DNA of 53,433 nt from Psammoneis japonica (Eukaryota), in contig QPGO01000330.1 in NCBI GenBank assembly GCA_008632985.1, positions 1-53,433 on the forward strand, read 5' to 3'. Within the stretch, counting starts at the first letter, position 1; every line of letters starts with the position of its first letter. Shown here in pieces: positions 1 to 12,380 of the stretch. Both the position numbers and the translations under genes were made by a program. The notes below the pieces were generated by a model. That model was not told the DNA's origin. It saw only the letters and a list, made by a program, of their open reading frames with translations, and did not search any database.

Positions 1-1
1 C

Positions 2-2187
2 CCAAATAACTCAGGTGGAGGCCTTCCTCTTCACATTGCTTGTCGTAATTATGCTTCTATCGGTGTCATCACGGCTCTTCTTGCGGAGAACTTTGCGTCG
101 GCCAAGAGGACCGACGAAAACGGCGATCTTCCGCTACACCTACTTCTTCGTTGTGGCGAAGTCGTTGATCAGGTTGTGGTCAAGACGTTGTTGACTTGCT
201 TTTCTTCGGCGGTGTCGCGAACCGATATGAATGGAGACCTGCCTCTGCACATTTCAATTAAGAATCAATGCAGATCGGCAGTGATCAACACGATTATCAT
301 GCAGTTCCCAGAGGGTGCTGGAGTTCTAAACGGAGACGGTCACAGCCCGCTCTTTTTGGCGTTCCAGCACAATGCAGACGACAGGACGATTATGGGCTTG
401 CTCAATCATGCACCAGAGGTACGTGTTGGAACGGTCGCCTATGTAGATCGAGTTTCCTTCTTCGTATTCTCACTAGCCGCCTCTTTGTTCTCCTTCTACA
501 GCTTGCAACTTCCGTTGATCGGAAGACTGGCTTGCTTCCCATTCAGGTCGCTACTGAGAACGAGCATTCTCACTTTATTGTTCACAATTTGTTGAAGCGT
601 GACATGCCGATCGACCTTAAGGAAAAGGTTCGGGCCCAGCTCCTCCCTCACCACTATTCGTGGAACCACATTGTCTCGAACACCGACGACCTCTATCACC
701 AGGTTGTAACGAAAATCCTGCAAACTTGTACGCAGCCCCAGGTGCTTGCCCTTGCGCACGTCGAGGGTCCCGATGGTAGGATTGCTCTTACGGCCGCTTC
801 GCCTGTTTGCAAACATGAGCTTCGTGTCATGCTCCGTCTGTTCAATACTTTGGAAGTCGTGAATCAACGACCGGCGTACACGAATCCAGTGAGCGATACG
901 CAGATCTTTTATGCGCTGCGCTACGAACCACCCAAGCAGCAAGGCAGTGGCTTTACGGTGCTCCACGATGACAAAGTCGACGGCGGGGACAATGACTATG
1001 TGGAAGATTGGGACGATTCGTCTCAGGTCTCTGCGGTATCTCGGAATAGCATGAGATCTACGCTTAGCACTAAGTCCCAACAGAGTATCGAGGACAAGCT
1101 GCGCCGAATTCGCAAAGAGAAGGGGCAACAAGTTATTGCGAAGTTGACTTCAAGGTCTGATGTCGTTGAACGTGAACTGAAAGTCCGAAAAGATTACCAC
1201 CTGTCGAGGCACTATGTGCCAGCCATTATTAGTGTCCACCACACAGTGCAGCATGCTGCGTACTCGGAGGCTATGGCGGAGCCTGGATACTGCATCACGA
1301 TGGAAGGCGCCGATACAACCGCCGAGAATCTCATGCTGGACACTCGCAAGTCCGGAAAAAAGTTCCCCGAGAAGGCGCTAAAGAGGATTGGTATTTCGCT
1401 GCTGCACATGCACGAGCACGGACTTATTCATGGTGACTTTGGAACTCACAATATTGGCAAGTTTGGAAGCCGATGGAAGTTGCTGGGAGTCGGTGGGAGT
1501 GTCAGGATTGGAGAACCGACAGATCCAAATCGTGGATTTTACCACCCGCCAGAAGCTATCGTAGTTGACAACAAGCGCGCTGCGATTGGTAAGAAGAATG
1601 TCTCCGCCTGCGTAGTCTCGATCTCGTCCCACACAACGTACGATATTTGGGCATATGGGGTCGTTGTATACGAGGCTATTGCGGGTCTCCCACTCTCCCC
1701 GTATGCATGCCGAGGCAAGCGAGCCATGAGTTCTTCGGAAGTTAGTAAGGTCGGTCTTTGGGATGACAGCAGCCTGAGGAAGGCGCTCAAACATGTACCC
1801 CAGGAGAATGAGGTGGCCCGTCACTTGTTGAGGAAACTCTTGCATCATGACCCTGACCAACGCGTCCAGTCGATGAGGGAAGTCTTGGAACACCCTTTGT
1901 TCACTGGTGGGAAGTTGGAGATTGAGAATAAGCCTTCGTTTGAGGAGAAGCTTTCTGATGAGAGGGATTCCTTCCGCCATGGTACTAGTTCTCGTCCGCC
2001 ACGAGACGCAGCTTTAAACATCAAGTCGTCAAGTTCAGGTGGTCACAGCGACAGCACAAATGACGAAAACCAGTTGAACGGTGTTCAGTCGGCAGGTCGC
2101 TCCAAGCCTGCTAGTAGTAGACTTCCCAAGCCGACTCCAGGAGGTGAAGTCGGGAGTGTCCGCAGTTCTCGTTCGATGAGGAGCTAA
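2..2187 (+). CDS. Ankyrin-repeat plus protein-kinase-like protein, 5' partial; exons <2-418 and 502-2187, intron 419-501
   Basis: The frame from base 2 gives ankyrin-like units (GGLPLHIAC, NGDLPLHLLL, NGDLPLHISI, GHSPLFLAF). A GTACGT...CTACAG intron joins in frame to LATSVDRKTG. The C-terminal part has kinase-fold motifs (LLHMHEHGLIHGDF, YHPPE, YDIWAYGVVVYE, LLHHDPDQR...EVLEHPLF). Confidence 0.85.
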
Positions 2188-2859
2188 TTTTCATTATACC
2201 TGTCATTTTTTCAGCATGGACATCTAGGACTGCGAGTGCTGAAACTGTCCTTTCATGCCAAAAATCTACATGGCATGAGTCCTTCGTTATTATTTGTTCA
2301 ATTGAGGAATCAAATCCTGAAGGTTTCAGTGTCTAGCAGGGCACAGAGAGGGACGACCAATGGATGTACCGGCACTGCGAGCGCATGCAATGGCTTCACC
2401 ATTGCGACTCATGCATAATAAAGCAGCGGTCTAAATTATATAATGCAGAGCGGGGGTTTTGGGGGGTTACTCTATTCCGTTCGCAAGTGATTGCGATGGT
2501 GGCCATAGAATTTGCCATTGCTCAGGCGGGTATTGCTGCTGCTTCTTTTTCGATTCGCATCATGTAGGTGGGAACTGCCTCCTCTTGTTTTGTGCTGTGC
2601 AAGTAGAGCTTGTGATCTGTTTTGTCATTGTGTTGGTTGCCGGTGGTGGCCTTGTTGGGAGCACAGTGCGATAAAAGGGTGCTCCGGTTGATGCGAATTC
2701 TTGCAGACCGCGTCTCGTCGCAGTTGTCTTTCGACAAACTCAATTGTGTGAGGTTTTGTCTGTTGAGCGCACTCCATCTCCGAACTGTCCATTGAGAAGC
2801 AGCAGCTTCTTCTTGTTGTTACTCATTCTAATGTCACTCACCAACTTGTCTCCTGTAAA

Positions 2860-4760
2860 TGGGCATCCAATGCACAAATGGGCATCCAATGCACACTTGC
2901 AGAAAGGCACCAAACTGGCTGAATCCCAGTTGGGACTGACAGGACCAGCATGCTGGAAGCAAAGGCGACAACCATGTGGGGCACTGCAGATGATTCCAAG
3001 TTTGTGTTGGGGTGCATCATGGGTGGTGGAGAGGGGCTTTTGCCAGGCTGCTGCTCTCCAGGTGCAGACACCTCTCTGTTGCCTCTGGGGATGGGTCATG
3101 GGATTGAATCTTGAGGCGCATTCTCAAACAAATCAAATGCAGCAAATGTGGAAACAAAATTGCCACGATTTGAGCAGACATGGTCAAAATCTTCAGCATT
3201 GGTGATGCCGGTCCATTGTGCAATGCCGGGCCAGATCAGATCCCAAGAAGTTGTCGGGATGAGCTGTCCTCTTCCAACATCAACTTTGCTGTTCTCAGAC
3301 ATGTCGGAAGGACCACACTCTCCCAAGATTCTGCCACCCTTGATGGCTCCACCAGCCACAAAGCAGTTGCCACCCCAGGCATGTTCCACGCCATTGCCAG
3401 AGTTTTGAGGGAGTGTTCAACCAAATTGCAAGGTTTGCAATGTGGCCACATTGTCTCACAAATCCTTGGATTTCAATGTTGACCACTGCAGCATCAAAAG
3501 CAGCTGCAGCGTGCTTCCTGTTCTTGGTGCTGAGCCTTCCCAATGTCAAAAGAGTGGTGAGCTCATCAACAATTGCTCCAGAATTTTCACCTGAGGGTTC
3601 ATGCATGAACATTTCTGAAGCTCTGCCAAACTTCTTGTCATTCCATGTCGGCAGCCTCCGCAGCCCACCAGAGGGTCAGAAAAGACACCAAAACCAAGCT
3701 GATGCCCAGCTCTCATGTCATGGAAACAAGGAGAGAGGCCACATTGAACTGAGCTGTGCAAACCATTGATGAGGTTGATGCTCTTGGACACGTCAAGCAT
3801 CTGTGCTTTGGGTGCCACAAGTGCTGATGCACTTGACACAGATCCTTCAGGTGCAAACTCCAGCAGAAAGAAGCTGAGAGTGCAGACATGTGCTTGTGCA
3901 CCATTTGTCCAATGCATTTGTTCAAATCCCTGAACACAGCCAATGGAATTTCAACATTCTGCGCTTGCTGTCTCCCATTTGAAAGTCCAAACCACACATT
4001 GAGCCAACGACTCTCATGACAGGCTTGCGGATCAAGCTGAAGGAAGGGCATGCACCAAGCACTGCAGATTGGGCTTCATGATCAAGAAGAATCAAGGTGA
4101 CCATGGCGGCCAACAAATCCCAGTGTTCTCTTTTTCCACATCTGATTCCCTGTGACTGGCAGGAGCCACGCTGAAATGCCGCAGTGCACGCCTTCACACA
4201 TGCCATGGACTTGGGTTTGAGGTGCCAAAGCATTGGATGAAACAAACACACAAAAAGGGTGCAGTGTTTGAATGACAAAAGCAATGCTGCAATGTTGCTT
4301 CTGTCTCACACATGGCATCTCTTGCCATTGCTTCTGATGGCACAAAGCTCACAAAATGGACAGGGGTCCTGAATGAATTTCCATTCCTCTTGCCTTTCCC
4401 ATCATCAGAGGCTGCAACATGTTGATGTCCGCTTTCATTTGCATGTTTTGATGCTTTTCACTTTGTGTTTTTCATTCCAGCTGTTTTTGTGAAACAACGT
4501 TCCAAATTTGATTTCACAGTGCATTTGTTGTTTGTGTTTCATGTGTGTCTTTGTTGTCTTTTGCTCTTGATCAATTTTGTGAACTGATCTGTTTTAAATC
4601 ACAATTGCTTTTGATTGTTGAATTGTTTTTTGACAACATTTGCCCTTTTCTTTTGATGCATTGGCTTTGAAATTGCTTTTCAATGGCACCACCGACGTGT
4701 TCCAGCCGCACGTGAACCAAATCGTGCACAAAAACGACATTTGCGCGATTTTTGCGCGGT
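2860..4760. other. TpA-depleted hypermutated domain 1
   Basis: I find no TA between ~2858 and ~4593, then one TTTAAA. TG/CA are in strong excess and CpG is also scarce in the core. Confidence 0.9.
3100..4050 (-). pseudogene. Degraded DUF1800/DUF1501-type gene copy (internally deleted, frameshifted, Tyr->Cys/His)
   Basis: Translations EHAWGGNCFVAGGAIKGGRILGEC...GRGQLIPTTSWD (DUF1501 C-terminus, normally HAWGGNYF...GEYP) and SFFLLEFAPEG...LINGLHSSVQCGL...IVDELTTLLTLGRLS (DUF1800-like). There is an in-frame TGA where FGRTL is expected. Confidence 0.75.
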
Positions 4761-7700
4761 CCCTAACTTACGATCGAACTTTCACCACCAAAAGTAAAGA
4801 TTTATACAAATATAAATGTTTTGCAACACTAACAAGACTCGTGTGAGTGTTGCAATCTCATTGTTATTGTGCTATCTATGTTTTTCATTGCGTTAAAAGA
4901 TTCGTAACACAACGGATGATTTTCGGCGAAAATATTGCCGTTATTTGGCTGTTACCTAAATATATCTTTCTACGATGCTACTTGGTAGGTTTTCTACCTA
5001 CAAAAAAATCTCAGTATAAATCTACTGACGTACAATCAGTATTGAGTCTACTGAGGAAGTTTATGATACATATCCCATGAGGATTTGAATACCCTCAAAA
5101 AACTATTTAAATGTTCATACTCTAGAAGCCTATAACAGTCAATCCGTCTAAGTATTTTTATTAAAATGCCACATACACTAAAATATACATAAATTATATT
5201 CAAAATCCGATTGTCGTTTTGTGCGTCACCTGGGATGGAACACGTCCACCCCACACATGCACCACAGCACTTGCTGGTGTCCCTTCTGCACACAAGTCAT
5301 CCCACATGTGCACTTGCCTTTGTTTTTTGTTGTTTTCCTCCAGCTTTTTGGTGCACTTCTCTCTTTGCTGGATTTTCAGCACCTGTTTGAGGAAAAAGTG
5401 GAGTGAAGCCAAAACAAGCACCCGGGTGTGGATCGATGCCATCACTGAGCCAAAGCGTGCACGCCAGCATGACATGGCAAACATGAAGGCGGTCATCTTC
5501 ATGTGTGATCTGTCACTCTGGTGTGTGTGTGTGCGTGCTTCACCATTTTGAATGATGACTTGCCAATCTGCTGTTCTAAAAGGCACAGGAAGAAAGACAT
5601 CTCTCTGCCAGAAGTGGGGGGCACTGTGCTGGCTGTGTGCAAAAAGCCACACAGCAATGAAGACAGAAGTCTCTGCCATTGTGGGATGAACTCTCTGGCA
5701 GCAAGTGCCACTGCTTTGATTGTAACTTGGTGCAAAAGGCAAGTGTCAATTGAGAAGTTGTGTGCCATGTGCCCCCTTTTGGCGCTGAGACCAATGCAGT
5801 CAATTGTTTTTTTTGACCCACACATGGACAGCTTTGCACTGGAGGACAATGCGTGTGAGACAGCAGCTGTCAAAGCTGCAGAGGGACACCATTTGTCTCT
5901 TGGTCCCAGTCAAGTGAATCTGAAGCAACCCAAAGCTTTCAAATCCAGGAGAGTTCAGAGACACTGTCTTTGCCACTCAGCCAGATGACCCGCCATTGCC
6001 ACAATTTCTTGAGCCAAAGAGTGCCACTGACTTTGGACTCTTCTGGGTGTTTCAAGGTCTCAGCATCTCATTGGAACAAACTGTCAGGGCCTTCTGAGGT
6101 GAGCAAATTTGTGACATCTTCATCACTGTGTGGCCACCCTCTTTCATGTCTCAGCTGATTTCCTTGGATGGATGCAAGGAGTGGAGAGCATTGTTGACAT
6201 GCTTGGATTTGGTGAGCTCAGAGCACTTTAGATGCTCATCATCTTGCACTCCAAAATTTGTGTTGGCACATGAATTCTTTCCCAACCCAACAGGTGTGCA
6301 GAAGCAACACAATCCGTGGGCACCTTCCTTCTTGTGAAGATCTCCAGCAGTGCACTTCTTGGACTGTGCCTTTGGGTGGAGCAACAAGGATGTGGCACCA
6401 CTCCAAAACTCAATGTTTGGGAGGACATGGCCGCGGCTGACCATCACAGCTGCCATCAGTGGCAGATTCTGTTCTGCCCATTGGAGTGTCCAGTGGTTGT
6501 GGTGAGTGTCACAGTTCTTGAGTTGCTGATGCATGGGTGCATGGAATGACCAAGGTTGCAGTGGCTTGCAAGGAGTGCTTGGCTGTGGTGTGATTGTCAG
6601 TCTTGTGCTGCATTGTCTTGGTCATTGACAATTCACTGTTCTTCCCCAGAGCCAACCTGCGACACCTCTTGGCTTCTCTTGTGGACACGGCCATTTGCAA
6701 TCAGCCAAAGCTGTCTTCATTTTGTCAAGCCCAAATGGCTTGCCTTTGTTTTGAACTGACTTCTTGCCAATCATTTGAATCTCATCAGCAGAAGCAGTGG
6801 GGATGTTGCCGGAAGCGCCCCGCTCTGAGCGCATCATGGCTGCGGCATTCAATCACTTTTGGATGATCCTGTCAGCCGCTCATTGGCTGCTCAATGGAGT
6901 CATTGAGTTTTCCACTGCAAAATCAATGTCTTTGGCATGCTTTGATGTGGGAACAGCCAGCAGGACCATGTCAACAAACTCCAATTTTCTGTGCAATCCT
7001 GATTCCTTGTTTGTCGGCATTCAGAAGTTTTCATGAAATTGAGATGACGGCGCAAGATGAGGTCTCTTGTTTTGGGCATGAGTCTCTGATTGCAGCTGCT
7101 GATTTTCTTTGCACATGTCCTCCAATGCAATGAGGGGCTCCAATTTTGCCAGCACAGGTTTTTGACCTGCCGGTGCTGTGCTTGATTCTTGAGATGGAGA
7201 CGGCTTCTGGTTTTTTCTCAACTGCTCTTCCACTTGCTTCTTGCATGCCCTTTCACTGTTCAAGTGGTTGTGGACATGTCCAACATTGGGAATTCTAGCA
7301 GCTTCAGCAGCTGCCACAGTTGCTCCTTTTGTTGCCGCTTGCAAAATTAAGAGGCTGTTTTGCGCCAATGCCAGCTGGTTGTTGGCTTCCTTCAATTCCG
7401 CTTGGTCACTTTCCTCCCGCTTGTCAAAAAGTTTTGAACATTTTTCAATGCATTGTCCTGGTGTTGCATCTGTGAAGCAAATGTGGAAGCATCAAGGCAA
7501 CTGTCAAATGCATTGTCCATTTGTGACCTTCCACTTGCAGTGGCATTTTCGGCATTTTCCGTTGACGATGAAAAGCTTGATGATCCGTTAAAACGACTCA
7601 TGGCATTTTGTCAGTCTTTGGAGGTGTGATGGCATGACTCTCAGTGTTGCAGTTTTCTTTGGTGGTGTGATTGTGCCACTTGTCTGTTGGGAAGAACAAA

Positions 7701-7925
7701 CTGCTGGCATCTTGCATTGTCATTGCACTGTGGGGTTGATGCGGTGGTGCAGCGGCGCTTGGAATTCATGGGAACTTCTCACTCTTTTGCCTGGCTCCGA
7801 CGTCCCACTGGCTGCCCAACAAATTTGTAAATGAAGCTGCACTTGCTGCCGCCCCTTGATTTTCTCACCCTCGGCTCTGCCTCTTTTTCCTGCCCTGCTT
7901 GTTTGCCCCCAAGATTGGCAGCAGC

Positions 7926-8293
7926 GGCGGTTCTGGGCTGGGGAGTTGTCACCCCAGCAAAGCCTGAAGTCACCAAAACCGCCGCCACATTCAGTGGGAC
8001 AAACTCTGAAGCAGCATTGGTGGCATCAGCCATTTGAGCTGGAAGGGAGAAGGACAGATGCGCAGCCACTCACAGCCTTTAACGAACCAAGTGCCAATGG
8101 CGTTCTTTGTTGCCAGCTCATTGCCGCCTGTCGAGGCCACAAGAGCAGCTGTGATTGACCCTCCTCTCCCTCCCTGGGCTGCCTGGTGGCGGTTTTGGGC
8201 TGGGGAGTTGTCACCCCAGCAAAGCCTGAAGCCACCAAAGCTGCCACCACAGCCAGCAGGACGAACTCCCAAGCAGCGTTGGTGGCGTTAGCC
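7926..8293. repeat. Two diverged direct copies of ~107 bp (7926-8032 and 8188-8293)
   Basis: Shared GGCGGTT(C/T)TGGGCTGGGGAGTTGTCACCCCAGCAAAGCCTGAAG...AAGCAGC(A/G)TTGGTGGC...AGCCA. Confidence 0.85.
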
Positions 8294-8739
8294 ACGCTCT
8301 GCAAATGAAAAAACACACATGCCGCGCACAGTCTGGGGCGCTGCACAGCGAGCGAGCGAGCACCGGCGCTCACATCAGGAGCACAGGCGCTTGCACAGCA
8401 TCGCAGTGAGCTGCACGCATGTTGAAGACGGCGCCGTTTCTCGTTTCTCCCCGCACCACAAACCACAAACATCATCAACATGGAGCACCTGCAACGATGG
8501 CCATCGCCGCTGAAAACGAGCATTGTCGATGTTGTGTTGACACCATTGGACCTGCTGTTGTCAACCCAAAAACTGATTCACAATGAAAACAAATGGGAAC
8601 ATTCTCTTGAGCCGAAATGTGTTTCTTCATTCTCACATTCTCAGTGAGTGAATCAAATCACTCCACGGTGTTTTTGTGGTTTTCTCAACTTCTTGTTTTC
8701 CTTTGATCTTTGTCCACATTTCTCTGTGGGAAAATGTCA

Positions 8740-8925
8740 CATCATGCGGGGCATCTCAAGTTGATGCCATGTCATGCGGGCGGCTCAAGCGGATGCTGCA
8801 TCATGTGAGGTGGTTCAAGCGGATGCCACATCATGCAAGGCGGCTCAAGCGGATGCCAATGCCTTGCTGGGCGGCTCAAGTGGATGCCAACACCTTGCTG
8901 GGTGACTCAAGCGGATGCCAACATT
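8740..8925. repeat. Minisatellite, ~6 units of ~29-32 bp with core GGCGGCTCAAGCGGATGCC
   Basis: The core is directly visible six times, with transition variants. Confidence 0.85.
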
Positions 8926-9344
8926 GAACATTGCATGGAGTGGTCCAAGGGTGAGGAGAGTTCTTCATTTTAAAATCTACAATCTGCCACTTTTGGGAAA
9001 GCCCCAATGCAAAGGGCAGACGAGGTTGCTCTCGTCTCCAACAATTGCGAGCAACTGTGCCAAGGTGGCTGACTGCAGTGGCGCCTTGGCAATTTTTTTC
9101 TTTAAGACGGCCCACGAGAGCCAAGGGGTTGCTCCCCGGTGAGACTGAGAGTGGCACCTCCAAGGAAGGGGGTGCCACTCGACGTGCTGCAACCCGAATC
9201 TCAGTTGGACAGGGTTCGCCTGCCCTCAAAGGTGGTGATTGGTTGTTTTCAAGGAATGTGGTGGGACAGAAGGACAAAATGGCTGGATTGGATTGATCCA
9301 CAGTGCAGAATGGTTGTCGAAAAGCTTGGATGGTCGTTCGCAGT

Positions 9345-10013
9345 GGCGCTTCTAGACGCCTCTCCTCCTGTGGACGCTTGTCCATTTTCTTGTGCTTGCG
9401 CACCTTCTTGCAAAGTCGATCTTGCGCAATGCCATCAACCAATCCAACATCTGAAAGGCATTGGGCACGGGAAAAAGCAGTGCAGGTCAAACCATGCTCC
9501 TTCTCGCGGTTGGACAAATCGACGACAAAATGGGACTTGATGGTTTGGCCTTGAGCTTTCCAAACAGTCATCGCCCAGCAAAGCTTCAAGGGCAACACAG
9601 TGCGAGTGTGTTCATCACAGCCCGCATCATCTCACTTTCGAGTGTGCACGGCTGCAGTCACAGGGTGAATTGGCACCCAAACTCGGGGACTGTCATGGTC
9701 GGGGAAAAATGATCCTCCACCGCAGTCTCTGCCGAAGTCAACCCACACAAACTTTGGAAGAGATGGAGCCGAGCCTGATTCGTCATGCACAACGTCCTTT
9801 GCTGTCCCAGTTGCTCCATTGCACAATCCCGCCGACTGGGCAACATTCATGGCAAGCATTGCTCTTGCTCCGACACTGAGGCACATCGAATTCTCCAAGC
9901 CTCGAAAGGAATCAGACGTCTTTTTCTTGCCGTCACCAGTGCTTTTAGCTTGCACTGGAGCAATGGGCTTGCCAAGCCTCTGAAGATTCTTGTTGTTGAA
10001 TTCTTCCACTTCA
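9345..10013 (-). mobile_element. PIF1-family helicase C-terminal remnant (Helitron RepHel-like)
   Basis: LSVGARAMLAMNVAQSAGLCNGATG, WVPIHPVT, LPLKLCWAMTVWKAQGQT and GLTCTAFSRA correspond to PIF1 motifs (GLCNG, PL.L.WA.T.HKSQG.T, YVALSR). Confidence 0.8.
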
Positions 10014-10015
10014 GA

Positions 10016-10257
10016 ATTGAACCCATGATTTGTGAAGGGGATCGGGTGAGCAGAGTTGATGAGATGTGCGTTTGATGAGATTGCTGTCGGCTCTGTCCAA
10101 CTGTTTGCGCTGCCGTGACACAGCCAAAGCATTGACATGGCCAGACAAATGGACGGCCACCACCATTGATGGAAAGCGGTCGGCACAATTTGAGCACACC
10201 CTCTTGGTCACTGCAGATGGCGTGGAGGCTTTGATGGGGAAGATTGAAACATGCCCA
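10016..10257 (+). pseudogene. Methionine aminopeptidase type 1 C-terminal gene fragment with an intron (10046-10123)
   Basis: IEPMICEG / GTGAG...ACAG / [37 protein letters not shown] is the MetAP1 C-terminal signature, including two metal-ligand glutamates. Confidence 0.85.
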
Positions 10258-12000
10258 TGCAGTTCTAGGAAAAAGAATCGATGGCACACAACGGCTTGGA
10301 ACGACACCGGCAGCAAAGGAACGCGAAGCAGAATTGCTGAAAGCTTCTCAAGAAAACCGTGCAACGCAGTGAGCATCAGTGTGCCATGCAAGAAATGCCT
10401 CGCAGCAACGAATGGTTGCTTGGCGTTGACAGGACAACCTCGAGGCCGACGGATGAAGACTTGTGAAAATCCTGTGAACCTTGAGTCATTCTTGAGCTGT
10501 TGTTCAGCTGCTCCCAAAGAGTCCATGATTCAGTTCTTTGAATGAGAGGATGCATCATCCCTGGGCAAGGATGGAGGACAGTCGGTCAACACATCATCTG
10601 CCATGCGGTGCAACCTTTGAGCTGTCGCTGAAGGAATGCCATGTGTCCTCACAGTCAAGCAGCCCCTGCTGGCCTGTTTTTCTTCCTCAACGCAGTCCCT
10701 GCATCAGCGGCCTGTCTCAATTTTCTTCCACCACAGCCAGCAGAGAGAATCCTTCTCGGGCCTTCAAGCAGTGTGTTCGTTGACCGTTGGGGCGCGTCAG
10801 CGCACATGTTCCAGATTTGTCCCGGTCATTTTTTGTAAATGGCATGGACACATCTTCTGCCATGGGTGTTTTGCGTGAGACAAGAATCTCCATTTGACGA
10901 CGAGGTCTCACAATTTCGTTACAATGCGATTTCATTGTGATGTTGGTGATTGACGTGCTTTTAGCACAAGAAGCCATCCCCAGCAACGCGCCGCAACCAA
11001 CCCCCGGTGCGTTCTCAATGCAAATCAAATGACCAAGAAAAAACGAAACTGCAGGAAAAGTGTGGCGCAGCATTGTGCCTTGGTTCCAACAAATCCAGCA
11101 TCACAGGACAACACAAGCAAACCAAAAGAGGACACAGGAGTCTCACTGCACGCTCTCTGCACACTGCATGCTTGAGGATGACTTGTGTCCAGTTTGTGGA
11201 GTGTCATGAGCTTTTGCAGGCTGTTGTCATTTTCTTCTGATTACAAAGTACAACGCGGTCGAGCATTCCACACCGGTGCAAGCACGCAAAGGTTGTTGTC
11301 ATTCCACAATGTTTTGTCATCCACATCCATTGCACAAGAGCACACCACCACATCCGAATGTGTGCATCAAGCTGCCATTGTCAAGACATCATCGCAAGAC
11401 GATGATTCATGGTTTGTTTCCAAACAAGGCGAAGTGGATGGGCTGCTGACTCTGTCCTGTGCCGTGCTCAGTGAAGCCAATTCGATTGCATGGCACCCAT
11501 GGAGTGTGAATGCGGAGGATGGGATGATGTGCACTTTCATGCCTTTTGCCGTCTTTTCTGTGGAGGACAAGACATGGTTGTGGCACTGGAAGGTAAAAAC
11601 TTGAGACTTCACAAATTTCATCATCTTGTTTCCAATTTGTTGCACCGGTGCATGCGTGGGATCTGGCATTGGTTTTTTGTTGGAACTTGTGCTTTTGCAC
11701 AAATTTTGATTTCAGAGCCATGGCGCGAGAGGGCGCGGCACTTGCACTGTTGCCGCAACCATCCTTTTGTTCGGGCAAAACGCACGTTGTTCATTTTGGA
11801 GCATCGGGCAATGTCAGCACAGTGATTTGTCATTGTTTGCCCTCGGGGTTTGAAGCCGTTGACGTCACGTTGCCCAGCCGTGTTGTTTGGAACGAGATTC
11901 TTCTGTTGTTTTGTTGAAACGATTGGTGTTCGGTGCCAGCCCATCATCTTTTCCAACGCATGAAGCGGATGCTCTTCCAGGCCTCAATGACGGTGCGATG

Positions 12001-12380
12001 CGTTCCAGGTCCAGGTGGGACCTCGTGCCACTGAACTGTGACATCGACAGTTTTTTGAATCACGTCGCATGTTGCGCACGTAGATTTCTACGTGATTTTT
12101 TCGATGTTTTTTGTCATTTTACGGTGCACTCATTGAGCGATCCGTCCAACAACTTTTGACATTTTTTGTTGCAGCGCAATTCTACAATGTCTTAAGAATC
12201 GCGCAGGGCAGGCGCATTTGCAAAAAAGTCGAGTGGCAAGAGGCACAATTGCACCACAAACTTGGCCGTTTGTTTGATGTTGAAGATGAACACATCCATC
12301 AATTAAATTCTCGTACTGCGGAGCTCGCACGCAGAATTCCACGGGCCCAATGTCACACGGAGTCCCACCTGGGACTGGAA
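12001..12380 (+). repeat. Dispersed ~380 bp repeat, copy A (copy B at 27553-27931)
   Basis: Colinear match from CGTTCCAGGT to CTGGAA; differences are almost all transitions. Confidence 0.9.

Noticed and set aside
5215..7600. Possible DIRS/tyrosine-recombinase or reverse transcriptase remnant (e.g. FGVQDDE)
   Set aside because: The motifs are too degraded to assign without a profile search.
8740..8925. Possible CRISPR array
   Set aside because: The units are contiguous and degenerate with no unique spacers, there are no cas genes, and the context is eukaryotic.
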